From contig CAYQCW010000009.1 in the NCBI GenBank assembly GCA_964416155.1, positions 1 through 64,000 on the forward strand: a stretch of DNA of 64,000 nucleotides. Direction: 5' to 3'. Positions 18,579-27,988 of this stretch are shown here, in pieces. A model generated the notes under the pieces. The model was given only the letters and a program-made list of their open reading frames with translations, was not told the origin of the DNA and searched no databases. The DNA is from an uncultured Nitrososphaerota archaeon (lineage in GTDB: Archaea > Thermoproteota > EX4484-205 > JAAOZP01). The translations under genes were made by a program, and so were the position numbers. The first letter of the stretch is position 1, and each line of letters begins with the position of its first letter.

Positions 18579-20315
18579 CTAGAAGAGGCCTCTTATCCTT
18601 CCGGTTTCAGTTTCTACATCGATCCCTAGGAAGGCGGGTTTTCTCGGGAGACCGGGCATAAGCTGTATTTCGCCACATATCGGGATAAGGAAACCGGCTC
18701 CCACGAAGGCGAATATGTCGTTGACTGGAAACGTATAGTTCTTAGGCACATTCTTCCAGAGCGGGTCGTGCGAAAGGGAGAGGGGTGTTTTAGCCATGTT
18801 TATTGGAAGCCTGTCGTATCCGAGGCTGCTGTAAAACTCTATCTTTTCCTCTGCTTCAGGGGAATATTTCACATCGTCGGCTCCATAGAGGTCAGTAGCT
18901 ATGTCCTCTATTTTCTCCTTAATAGTGGCTTCATCGGGGTAAAGATACTTCAGCTCATGCGGCTTCTCCATTGCTTCAAGAACCTTATCAACAAGTTCCT
19001 GACAACCCTCTCCTCCTTTGAACCATGGGTCTACGACGGCAACACCGTCGGCACCAGCCTCAACGGCTTTTTCACATACAAGGCTTATCTCCCTGTCGGT
19101 GTCCGTGATAAACCTGTTGACGGCCACTACGGCCGGAATACCGTATCTGTGGACTATTTCTATGTGTCTAGCTAAATTCTCGCAACCTTTTTCAACCGCT
19201 TGAAGATTTTCTGTTTCAGCCGCCTTCTTAACTTTCCTATAGGGCATTCCTGGGCGAAGCAGGAAGGCGCCACCGTGTTCTTTAAGGGCTCTAACCGTGC
19301 AGACGATGACGGCGCAATCGGGCCTTAACTCGGGGGACTGGCGGCACACAATATCGCAGAACTTGGAGAAGCCGCATTCAGAGCCAAAACCGGTCTCGCA
19401 GATAACATAATCTGCAAGCTTCAAAGCCACTAGATCGGCTATGATCGAGTTGGTCCCGTGAGCTATGTTTGCAAACGGGAATCCATGGACTAAAACCGGG
19501 TGGCCTTCTATGGATTGAACTAGATTAGGCTTAATGGCTTCCACGAGCAGGGCGGCCATGGCCCCGGCCACTCCAAGCTCTTCGCATGTTACCGGTTTTC
19601 TACTATAGGTGTAGGCGACGACGGCTCTTCCCAGCCTTTTCCTTAAGTCTTCCAACCCGGTGGCCAACGCATGGATGGCCGCTGTCTCCGTCGCCACAGT
19701 TATGCTCCAACGCGCCTCCCTAGGATAACCGTTTGACCTTCCTCCTAATCCTATGACGGCTCGTCTTAAAGCCCTAGCCTCCACATCCATGCAATAGGGC
19801 CATTCGACCGATAGGGGGTCGATGCTTAAAGGGTTTCCGTGGAGTATGCTAGCATCTATGGCTGCTGCACAAAGGTTATGGGCAATTTCCACGGCAGGTA
19901 TGTCTCCCGTGAAATTAAGATTAATCCTATCCATAGGTAAGACTTGGGAGTAGCCGCCGCCAGTTGCGCCGCCTTTTACTCCAAAGGTAACGCCTTTAGA
20001 CGGTTCGCGCAGAGTGTTGATAACTTTTAAACCCCTTTCATGGAAGGCTTGGCCCAAGCCTATTGAAACGGTTGTTTTCCCTTCGCCGAGGGGTGTGGGC
20101 GTGATTGCTGTTACGATAATCAGTTTGCCGAGGGGCCTATTCTTCAACCTGTTGAGAATGCTCATATAATCTACCTTAGCCATATATTTCCCATAATACT
20201 CAAGTTCATCCTCCAGAATTCCGATATGCTCTGCAACCCTCTTAATTGGGTGAAGCTCGGTTTTATAAGCGATTTCAATGTCGCTCGGCACAGGCCAGCT
20301 TCTTTTCACCGGCAT
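18579..20315 (-). CDS. fhs: Formate--tetrahydrofolate ligase
   Basis: TAITPTPLGEGKTT, KGGATGGGYSQV.PM, PFANIAHG, TVRALK.HGG, MAKT..SLS, MPGLP. Confidence 0.97.
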   Translation of the reverse strand: MPVKRSWPVPSDIEIAYKTELHPIKRVAEHIGILEDELEYYGKYMAKVDYMSILNRLKNRPLGKLIIVTAITPTPLGEGKTTVSIGLGQAFHERGLKVINTLREPSKGVTFGVKGGATGGGYSQVLPMDRINLNFTGDIPAVEIAHNLCAAAIDASILHGNPLSIDPLSVEWPYCMDVEARALRRAVIGLGGRSNGYPREARWSITVATETAAIHALATGLEDLRKRLGRAVVAYTYSRKPVTCEELGVAGAMAALLVEAIKPNLVQSIEGHPVLVHGFPFANIAHGTNSIIADLVALKLADYVICETGFGSECGFSKFCDIVCRQSPELRPDCAVIVCTVRALKEHGGAFLLRPGMPYRKVKKAAETENLQAVEKGCENLARHIEIVHRYGIPAVVAVNRFITDTDREISLVCEKAVEAGADGVAVVDPWFKGGEGCQELVDKVLEAMEKPHELKYLYPDEATIKEKIEDIATDLYGADDVKYSPEAEEKIEFYSSLGYDRLPINMAKTPLSLSHDPLWKNVPKNYTFPVNDIFAFVGAGFLIPICGEIQLMPGLPRKPAFLGIDVETETGRIRGLF

Positions 20316-20534
20316 TATCAACCCTCCTTTTTCCATGCATGACAAATAACCAACATTTAAGGCTTTCTGATACTATAGGGTGGCCTACGCTATCAGCTTT
20401 TTAACAACTTCTATATGTCTGCTTCAAATTCCTTTCGATCCACAATACTGGGTTTGGACTTATGTCTCTCTTTCTTTGGGTCTGGTCTAAAACTTAATAT
20501 ACTACATTCTTGGGTATTGCTGAGCCATTATTCT

Positions 20535-20713
20535 TTGCGATGTGCGAGCTGCAACTACTCTACAAAGCTGACTACAATGGTGTGATGAGCATCATGAAGC
20601 GGGCCATACGCCATATGCGTATAGCAGGGGTTGGTTTGACAAAGCCCTTAACCCTTTATATGAGTCCACGAGGACGACGAACCGAATCCCATGCTTAAAC
20701 ATGGGGATGTCAA
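20535..20713 (+). mobile_element. IS200/IS605 relic: tnpB Zn-ribbon/C-terminal tail plus omegaRNA/right end (copy 2)
   Basis: Frameshifted F.CASCNYST.ADYNGVMSIMKRA; hairpin CCCATG-CTTAAA-CATGGG then GATGTCAA. Confidence 0.8.
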
Positions 20714-21498
20714 TCTCTAAATTTCTGCAGTTTATCAAGTAACTTTTTATCTGCTTCTATGTCTCCCAGGCAAGTAGAAACTATACCGTCTACAATACCT
20801 TGTAGTTCTGCTACGAATTCTTCTGCTTTTTCTAAGGTCGTTGTAGAAGGCCATCCGATTCTTTCCAGAATCTTTTTATTTTTAGGCGTCTCAACTACAA
20901 AATACGGATAAATGGGTTTTCCTAAATTTTTACACTCCGAAGCTAATTCTTTTAACTTTGGCAAAGAGGTCTTTTCTAAGCGCAAAAAAAGGCAGAAATC
21001 CCAAGCATCCCTTATGCGTGTAATCGCCTCTTCCGTAGGTCTACGACTAGTTAAGAGACAGCCTAATTTTAACTTTTTTATCTTTACAATATTACGCAGG
21101 AATTCTCTAACTTCTTCCGCAGGACCAGTTGCGCGTCTAAATCTTTCAATTTCCTCTTTCTCAGAAAGAATTTCACAGGTTCCATCTTTTTTTGTCCTTA
21201 TTGGATATCCGTATCTGGGAGCATCTCCCGGATCAGGTATCATTCCGTAAATTCCTAAGGCTTCACAAGCACTTGCTACAGCAGCAATTTCAACTGGTCC
21301 TTTATAATTAGTAATGAGCATGGGAATTATTATTTTTGGGGGATACTTTACCTTAAGCACACAGGCTACTGCAGTAGCACTGGGAGCAGGCATTCCACCT
21401 GCGCTATCGGTGATATTAAAACCATCTACTAAATCCTTTATTTCATCTGCTAAATCTAAAAAGTCTGCTTTGGGAATAAATTCGTACAATACCTTCAT
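20710..21498 (-). CDS. Divergent methylenetetrahydrofolate reductase (MetF)-like TIM-barrel protein
   Basis: YE..PK start, NITDS.GG...PS, GD.P motifs; next to fhs; visibly AT-rich. Confidence 0.6.
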   Translation of the reverse strand: MKVLYEFIPKADFLDLADEIKDLVDGFNITDSAGGMPAPSATAVACVLKVKYPPKIIIPMLITNYKGPVEIAAVASACEALGIYGMIPDPGDAPRYGYPIRTKKDGTCEILSEKEEIERFRRATGPAEEVREFLRNIVKIKKLKLGCLLTSRRPTEEAITRIRDAWDFCLFLRLEKTSLPKLKELASECKNLGKPIYPYFVVETPKNKKILERIGWPSTTTLEKAEEFVAELQGIVDGIVSTCLGDIEADKKLLDKLQKFRD

Positions 21499-21708
21499 TT
21501 ACTCATTCCTCCTTCCAATTTTCTAAGATTTTAAAGCTAATCGTGTCTTTTTAAACTTTAGCTCGCTGTATAAATGATTTGAAATTTTTTATCTCCAATT
21601 TTAATGTGCTACATTTTTTGATAGTGCAAGGACTTATTTCATCTTTATAAGACAATTGATTTAGTCTTTTAAATAATACTTAAAAAATCAATTTTTTTAA
21701 GACGGTTG

Positions 21709-22476
21709 CTACAAAAGCCTCATTCTTCTAAGGTTTTCTAGGCAATGCTTCACGCATTCCAGAGGCGGGTAGGCATAGCTCTCCTGCTCAACAATATACC
21801 ACTCGGTTCCACCCACTGTTCTACATAGCTCGAAGAATTCACGCCACTTCATTTCCCCTTCTCCAACCACAGCCTTAGGGTCTTTAGAGGAATACTCTTT
21901 CACATGCACGGTTAATGCTCTACCAGGATATTTCCGGATAATCTCCAGAATGCCCTCCGCATCGACTCCCCCGTGCATCGCGTTCCCAGTGTCCAGCTGC
22001 ATCACCACCTCAGGGATCGTTGAGCTGAAGAACAAGTCCCATATTCTCTCCCCGTTAACGTTTTTGAATTCTAATATATGGTTATGGTAGCCGACCCTCA
22101 TGCCTTCTTTCCTAAGCTTCCCAGCGATTTCATTGAAAAGATCGGCTGTCTCCAAGCAATTGTTTTTTGAGCTCAGCATTTCAGCAGGCAGGCCTGGAAC
22201 TATTAGAAACCTGTTTTCCAAGACGCGGTTAAACTCAACAGTCTTGCCAAGCTCTTCTCCGAGCAGAGTATCTATGCTTATGTGTGTCCCCGCTACCTTC
22301 AAACCTAGGTCGTCAAGGATCGCCCTAAGGTTTTCAGCGCTTCTCTCATAATATCCTGCGAACTCAACGCCCTCGTAACCCATTTCAGCAACCGTCTTAA
22401 GCGTCCCTTCAAGATCCTTCGCGCAGTTTTCGCGTACCGAGTACAGCTGTAACGCTATTCCCATTTCTCCTCGCAC
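21709..22476 (-). CDS. Sugar phosphate isomerase/epimerase (IolE-like TIM barrel)
   Basis: LQLYSVR, GY.GVEFAG, GYHNH..EF, QLD.G, HVK, VEQE. Confidence 0.9.
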   Translation of the reverse strand: MRGEMGIALQLYSVRENCAKDLEGTLKTVAEMGYEGVEFAGYYERSAENLRAILDDLGLKVAGTHISIDTLLGEELGKTVEFNRVLENRFLIVPGLPAEMLSSKNNCLETADLFNEIAGKLRKEGMRVGYHNHILEFKNVNGERIWDLFFSSTIPEVVMQLDTGNAMHGGVDAEGILEIIRKYPGRALTVHVKEYSSKDPKAVVGEGEMKWREFFELCRTVGGTEWYIVEQESYAYPPLECVKHCLENLRRMRLL

Positions 22477-22564
22477 AAATGAGAATGGTGAAAATATTTT
22501 AACTTTTTGGTTGATCAGCTTAATGTTAGGTTTTTATAGCTTTGGCAAGCTGTTTTTCCAGGCC

Positions 22565-23650
22565 TTAAGCTACTCGTAGCCCGGCTAATGGCGGATTTAT
22601 GGGCAGGCCACCGTGTTTGCAGAGCGTCTCAGTCACTGTTTCAATCCCTTTCCTGTAATGGTCTGGGTGAACATCCTCCGTAACGCTTATGATGAAGCCT
22701 TTTCCCGGAGCGATTTCCTCGAGCAGCCTTATTGTGAAGCTCCTTATCTCTTCAGGCGTTCTGAGGAATACTTCCTCCGGAAAATTCATCCACACTACTT
22801 TATTCCCCCAGGCTTCTCTAGCCTCCTTCGGCGAAAGGTCTCCTCCCGGCGGTGGTGTGAAAGCCTCTATGGCGTCAAGCCTAGTTTCACCAATCAGGTT
22901 TTTAAGTGCTTTAAGCCTGCCATCCATGTGTGAAATAACAGTTTTCCCTTTTTCGTGAAGAATATCCGCATACTTATTATAGTAGGGGAGGCAGTATTTC
23001 TCAAAGAGGCTTGGAGATATGAGCATCGAGTCAATGTTATCACCCACTCTGACTATTTCAGCCGGCGAGTCAGCTATTATCCTGTACATTTTTAGAAAAC
23101 TCTCGTCCAGTGCTTCAATCAGCTCCTCTATTGCCTCCCTGTTTCTCCGATACATGATTGCAAAGGTTTTGAAACCCGTGTACCTGATGATTATCTTCAT
23201 GAGGGGCGTGTAGTCGGCCCAAACTGTAACAATACCGTCCCCCTCCAGCTCTTCTTTAATCCTGACATAGTTCTCATAATCCGGCTCATAGACAGTGTCC
23301 TCCATCATGAACATTAAAGCCTTGATGTCGCCCACGTTTTTCACCGGGTGCTCGACAATCCAGGAGCCGCCTGGAAACTGAAACCTCATCCCAATCCGCA
23401 TCCTAGTGTTCAGCTCGCCAACCGGAGTACGGTAAGTCGTGTAGACATAGTCGCCCACTGTTCTACTCTCTATCCTGACGTTAGGCATGGATGACCTGTA
23501 TATGCTGCACCTTTCCTCAAGCCCAAGCCCCATGTCTCTCATCCTGCGCTCGAAACTCCCCTTGGGAAGGTGGCTGGAGTATATGAGCCAAGGTATCCTG
23601 TCAGGCATGCTTCCTTTAAGAACATTGCTAACTCTTTCACGCGGCTGCAT
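22565..23650 (-). CDS. Uroporphyrinogen decarboxylase/MtaA-CmuA superfamily protein
   Basis: RERV...L.G..PDRIP, TP.G.L, SP..FEKY..PYY, HMDG, EAFTPPP.GD. Confidence 0.8.
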   Translation of the reverse strand: MQPRERVSNVLKGSMPDRIPWLIYSSHLPKGSFERRMRDMGLGLEERCSIYRSSMPNVRIESRTVGDYVYTTYRTPVGELNTRMRIGMRFQFPGGSWIVEHPVKNVGDIKALMFMMEDTVYEPDYENYVRIKEELEGDGIVTVWADYTPLMKIIIRYTGFKTFAIMYRRNREAIEELIEALDESFLKMYRIIADSPAEIVRVGDNIDSMLISPSLFEKYCLPYYNKYADILHEKGKTVISHMDGRLKALKNLIGETRLDAIEAFTPPPGGDLSPKEAREAWGNKVVWMNFPEEVFLRTPEEIRSFTIRLLEEIAPGKGFIISVTEDVHPDHYRKGIETVTETLCKHGGLPINPPLAGLRVA

Positions 23651-23672
23651 GACTAGTCCTAGCCCTCCATTT

Positions 23673-24776
23673 TTACACTGGGTTATTCCTTAGCCTTTCA
23701 ACCAGGGCTGATGGACAGGCTAAAGTGGCCACGTAGTCTGGACACTTCCTGTAGTCTAGATTGACGCATTCCCAAGCTTTCCCCTCGGACTCGCAGAATT
23801 CAACAAGGTCTATCAGCATTCGCTCAGCTAGTTGACGGTTGGTGAGTGATACTGCATAGGCCACCCATCCTGTGGCTGTCCCCCAGTAGGCACCGTTTTG
23901 ATACGTTCCAGGCTTAACTTCAGTAAGAGTTTTCTCCCAGGAAAACGGCTCAGGCAGGTGTCTAACCTGCCCCCATTTAACTATCCTGTCAAACTGGTTT
24001 GAAAGCCATCGGGAAATCCCCAGAGCTCGCTGATCGTCAACTGCATTCACCCACACGGAGTACGCTGACCCCCACACGTCCGGCTGTCTACAGTCTCCAG
24101 AGGCTGCGAAGAAATATCCCTCGCTGGACCACAGTATTTCCAGCGAGCTCTTTACTTTAGCCGCCTTAGCCTCGTGCACCTTGGCCTCCTCCAGTCTTCC
24201 TGTTGCCCGGTATAGCTCAGCCATTTTAACATGAGCCTCGTACAATAGTAGTGAGGAGAAAAGCTCCTCGCCGGTTTTAGCCACGCAGTCTGTAAAACCG
24301 TAGGACGAGTGCGGGCTACTGGGGTCGATCCAGATTAAATCAGCCTTCCTGCTCAAGGGAAGTGAGCCTAAGGCTTTCTCCAGCCTGCTACCAGTTAGGA
24401 TGAAGGGGGAGGCATCACCGTAAGCACGCCATATTTCCCAGGCTATTTTAACTGCGAACTGGGGGTTGTCGGTTGGAGGTTTTGAGCCTAAAACGTTGTA
24501 GTAGGGCTCCCCCCCTATTCCAACTCTATCCGGAATAGCCCCGTCCCCCCTCTGACGATTAACTATGAATAAATAGGCTTTGACAGCGTCTTCCCGCTTA
24601 ATATAGCGTGGAATGCCTTCAAGCATGTAGCAGAAGTCCCTTGTCCAGAGCGCGTTGTAGTTTCCGCCCCCGTCTGGCCTGAACAGAGTTGTCCCGTCTA
24701 AGGCTTTCAACAAGGATTTGCCAACCAGTTTTCCGGCTTCTTCAACAATCCTGCTTAACGCCTCGTCTAAATTCAT
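23673..24776 (-). CDS. (alpha/alpha)6 glycoside hydrolase-like protein
   Basis: Y.A.W.RDF.Y, YGF.D.V.K.G..LF.S, YQNG.YW, WEC. Confidence 0.7.
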   Translation of the reverse strand: MNLDEALSRIVEEAGKLVGKSLLKALDGTTLFRPDGGGNYNALWTRDFCYMLEGIPRYIKREDAVKAYLFIVNRQRGDGAIPDRVGIGGEPYYNVLGSKPPTDNPQFAVKIAWEIWRAYGDASPFILTGSRLEKALGSLPLSRKADLIWIDPSSPHSSYGFTDCVAKTGEELFSSLLLYEAHVKMAELYRATGRLEEAKVHEAKAAKVKSSLEILWSSEGYFFAASGDCRQPDVWGSAYSVWVNAVDDQRALGISRWLSNQFDRIVKWGQVRHLPEPFSWEKTLTEVKPGTYQNGAYWGTATGWVAYAVSLTNRQLAERMLIDLVEFCESEGKAWECVNLDYRKCPDYVATLACPSALVERLRNNPV

Positions 24777-24786
24777 GCATGAATCT

Positions 24787-25221
24787 TCAAGCTTTCACCC
24801 TATTAAGGTTTCCATTGCTTGAGCTTAGCCAGCGCGTCGATACTGCTCTTTTGAATTCTACCCGCCGCCCAACTCTTCTGGTAGCGATCACGTCAGCGCC
24901 ATACACGTCCCTCAGGATAACCTCCCCTATCTCTATCGGGGCCTCCAGCTGTATTGACGCAAGCATTCTCATCAGGTTGAAAACCTTATTCTTAGGTATC
25001 GGCCTACTCGTCTTGACGGAGACCGTGGGCAGCTCCCCGTTCCTCACCCTAACCACTGTGAAAACCATTCTCCTAGGGTCTGAGAACTCTTGCCTAGCGT
25101 ATTCAACACCCCTGGGGCATGCTGCGCCGTCCACCTTTACAACACGAGCCTCATCAGCCTCTACCCTCAGCAAGCATCCTGCTGGGCAGACTATACACGT
25201 ATACTCTAAGACTCTAGTCAT
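24787..25221 (-). CDS. DUF1667 Fe-S subunit associated with glycerol-3-phosphate dehydrogenase
   Basis: CIVCP.GC, C.RG..YA..E...P.R, VKT..PIPK. Confidence 0.9.
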   Translation of the reverse strand: MTRVLEYTCIVCPAGCLLRVEADEARVVKVDGAACPRGVEYARQEFSDPRRMVFTVVRVRNGELPTVSVKTSRPIPKNKVFNLMRMLASIQLEAPIEIGEVILRDVYGADVIATRRVGRRVEFKRAVSTRWLSSSNGNLNRVKA

Positions 25222-26468
25222 CTAACCACCTCAAAGGTAAACCTCTCGCCTTGAATCTTTGCCAGTTCTTCAGCGGGAACCCTGATCCTAATCATCTCCG
25301 CCGGTTTAACCCTTAAAAACCTTTTTTCAAAACCCGTCTCCCGAATCGCAACCCGCACATTATCCTCAGGGTTCTGAACCCTACTGTAGAACACGACGTC
25401 TCTAGCCCCGCTTACGAGCTGAGGCGCTACGAGCCTTACGTTTCTCCCCCTGTCAATCCGCCTCCATTTTAATCGTTTAGTAGCGTAGTCTTCTAAAAGC
25501 GTTGAAGCATATGTTGCTGCAGCTTCACCCTGCTCAACGTCGTAGTCCACAAGATCGTTTATGAGAAGGGCATTACCCGCTGCGAAGACGAGTGGCACAC
25601 TGGTTTCGTAAAACTCGTTTACAACCGGTCCTCCGGTGGCAGGGTCCGTTTCAACCCCTATCTTTTCAAGAATGTCAACATCCGGCCTTAAGCCGGCGGA
25701 AACAATAACAGTGTCGCACTCAAGCTCAAATTCAGAACCCTCCACCAGCCTCATGTCTCCGCCAACCCTTGCAACAATGACCTTCTCAACCCTTCCGCTT
25801 CCCCTGACCTCGAGAACCATGTGGCCCAGATAAAGCGGTATGTTGAAGTCGTTTAGACACTGCACGATGTTTCGCGTCAAGCCACCGGGGTACGGTAGAA
25901 CCTCTATCACAGCCCTGACCTCAGCCTTCTCTAGGGCAAGCCTTCTCGCCATTATAAGCCCCACGTCCCCGGATCCGAGGATAACTATCCTCCTTCCCGG
26001 TAGGACACCGTAAATATCCATCAAAGCCTGGGCCTCGCCAGCCGTGTAAACTCCGTCAGGTCTGTCCCCTGTTAAGCCAATTTCATACTGGTGTCTCTCC
26101 CGTGCGCCGACAGCGTAAACCATGGCTTTAGCCCGCGTTTTCAAAAGGCCTTTAGGGCTGGCGGCGTAAACCGTCTTCTCGGAAGCCGAGTCCACTTGAA
26201 CCCTTAGAACATGTGTTTTAACCATGCTTTCCACACCGTTTTTCCCAGCCCTATCTATAAGCCTGGTGATGAACTCTCCTCCAGTCAAGTCTTCTTTGAA
26301 ACAATGGATTCCGAAACCAGTGTGAACGCATTGAAGCGGGATGCCGCCGAGCATCTCCCTGTTTTCAATGACCAGGGTTTTCAAACCGTTTTCAACAGCT
26401 CTGGTTGCCGCGGATAATCCGGCTGGCCCGCCGCCTATGACGATAACATCGTACTCGCGCTCAATCAT
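25218..26468 (-). CDS. FAD-dependent pyridine nucleotide-disulfide oxidoreductase (G3PDH partner)
   Basis: GGGPAG, GGI..QC.H.GFG, G.RP.GV.TAG.AQ, GSGD.GLIMARR, F.AGN. Confidence 0.9.
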   Translation of the reverse strand: MIEREYDVIVIGGGPAGLSAATRAVENGLKTLVIENREMLGGIPLQCVHTGFGIHCFKEDLTGGEFITRLIDRAGKNGVESMVKTHVLRVQVDSASEKTVYAASPKGLLKTRAKAMVYAVGARERHQYEIGLTGDRPDGVYTAGEAQALMDIYGVLPGRRIVILGSGDVGLIMARRLALEKAEVRAVIEVLPYPGGLTRNIVQCLNDFNIPLYLGHMVLEVRGSGRVEKVIVARVGGDMRLVEGSEFELECDTVIVSAGLRPDVDILEKIGVETDPATGGPVVNEFYETSVPLVFAAGNALLINDLVDYDVEQGEAAATYASTLLEDYATKRLKWRRIDRGRNVRLVAPQLVSGARDVVFYSRVQNPEDNVRVAIRETGFEKRFLRVKPAEMIRIRVPAEELAKIQGERFTFEVVR

Positions 26469-27972
26469 TTTCTACAACCTCCTTGCTCTCGGTCCAAAGC
26501 GTCTTGACTCCTCCAACACCAATGCTCGCCTTCTTCATTATGACGCTGTGGAAGGGTGTTCCGGTTGCTTCAGATATTGAGAGAGCTATCCGTGTCCTGC
26601 ATCTTGAAGCCTGACACTTCCCGAAGCCTGCTGTCGTCCTAAGCTTCACGCCGTCGAAGGTGATAGTCTTCACGCCGATCACCCGCATCCTTTCAATGGC
26701 TTCTAAAACCTCTGCTTTTGAAACATTGTTACAGAAGCACACGATCTCGCCGTAATCAGGGTTCTCTAAGATATGCTTGTCCAAGGTGCTGTAATCCATC
26801 TCGTTGACTGTGGTTATTCTCTTTCTAAATGGTTTCCAGCCTTTTTTCTCAACCAGCTTAAGCCCGTATGTCTCCCTGATGAGGCTTGAAACATGATTCG
26901 CTATTGCTGGCGCAGCCGTTAAGCCGGGGGACCTTATGCCTGCGACGTTGATGAACCCGTAGGGCTGGGAGTAGGCTTTTATCAACCATTTCCCGTCAGG
27001 CGGCTCAGGTCTCAACCCTGCGAAAAACTTTATTATTTTCGAGCGCGGCGGGGTTCTGTGGAGCATTATTCCCGCCTCCTTAACCAGTTGGTCCAAGCCT
27101 TTCAGGCTTGTAGACGTGTCTCCCTTCGACTCATAAGGAAGGTCTTCAGCAGTCGGGCCTATCATCAGGTTGCCATGTATAGTCGTTAAAGCATAAACAC
27201 CTTTAGTGACGGGTGTGGGCATCGTGTGCAATATGATGCTCGGCTTAGGCTCAGCGTCTTTATCGAAAACAATGTACTCTCCCTTCCTAGGCTTTATTCT
27301 AAACCAGGGTTCAACCCCCACGGAGTGAGACACTTCGTCAGCTTTCAACCCTGCTGCGTTGATTACGATATCTGCTTCAACAAGCCCCTTGCTCGTTTCA
27401 ACGCCCACAACATTGTTGTTTCTAGTGACGATTCTCTTAACACGCGTCTCCGTGAAAAGCCTAACCCCGTTTTCCACAGCGTTCTCCACTAGGGCTACAA
27501 CCGCCTCGAAAGGGCAGATTAGGCCCGCCGTGGGCGCGTATACGCCTCCTTTAACATTCCTGCTTATCGAGCTGTCCATTTCAAACAGTTCCTCCCCGCG
27601 TAGAATCCTTACTCCAGCCACATTGTTTCTACGGGCCCATTCCACATACTTTTCAGCCTCCTTCTCATCCTCGTTTCTCTGGAAAAGCATGAGCTCACCA
27701 ACCCATTTAACAGGAATATCAAGCTCCCAGTACCATTTTCTCCAGAGAGCATTACCCTCGACGCAGAGCCTCGCTCGCAAAGGCTGGTTTTCAGGATCCT
27801 CCTCGTGACCCGGGTGTATTACTGAAGAATTGGCTCTGCTCGCGCTTCCACCAGCATCATAATTCTCTTCTAAAACATAAACCTGCAGGTTTTCAAACCT
27901 GCTTAACGCCCTCGCTATGGCTGCTCCTACGACGCCTGCGCCTATTATCGCGACGCGTGTTCCCGCCGCCAT
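26461..27972 (-). CDS. glpA: FAD-dependent glycerol-3-phosphate dehydrogenase-like protein with a BFD-like [2Fe-2S] domain
   Basis: GAGVVG, S.ANS..IH.G, P.KGEY, GI.SPGLTAAPA, VC.C..V...E...G.CQ..RC; follows glpK. Confidence 0.8.
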   Translation of the reverse strand: MAAGTRVAIIGAGVVGAAIARALSRFENLQVYVLEENYDAGGSASRANSSVIHPGHEEDPENQPLRARLCVEGNALWRKWYWELDIPVKWVGELMLFQRNEDEKEAEKYVEWARRNNVAGVRILRGEELFEMDSSISRNVKGGVYAPTAGLICPFEAVVALVENAVENGVRLFTETRVKRIVTRNNNVVGVETSKGLVEADIVINAAGLKADEVSHSVGVEPWFRIKPRKGEYIVFDKDAEPKPSIILHTMPTPVTKGVYALTTIHGNLMIGPTAEDLPYESKGDTSTSLKGLDQLVKEAGIMLHRTPPRSKIIKFFAGLRPEPPDGKWLIKAYSQPYGFINVAGIRSPGLTAAPAIANHVSSLIRETYGLKLVEKKGWKPFRKRITTVNEMDYSTLDKHILENPDYGEIVCFCNNVSKAEVLEAIERMRVIGVKTITFDGVKLRTTAGFGKCQASRCRTRIALSISEATGTPFHSVIMKKASIGVGGVKTLWTESKEVVEND

Positions 27973-27988
27973 GCGTACTGGTCTCCTT

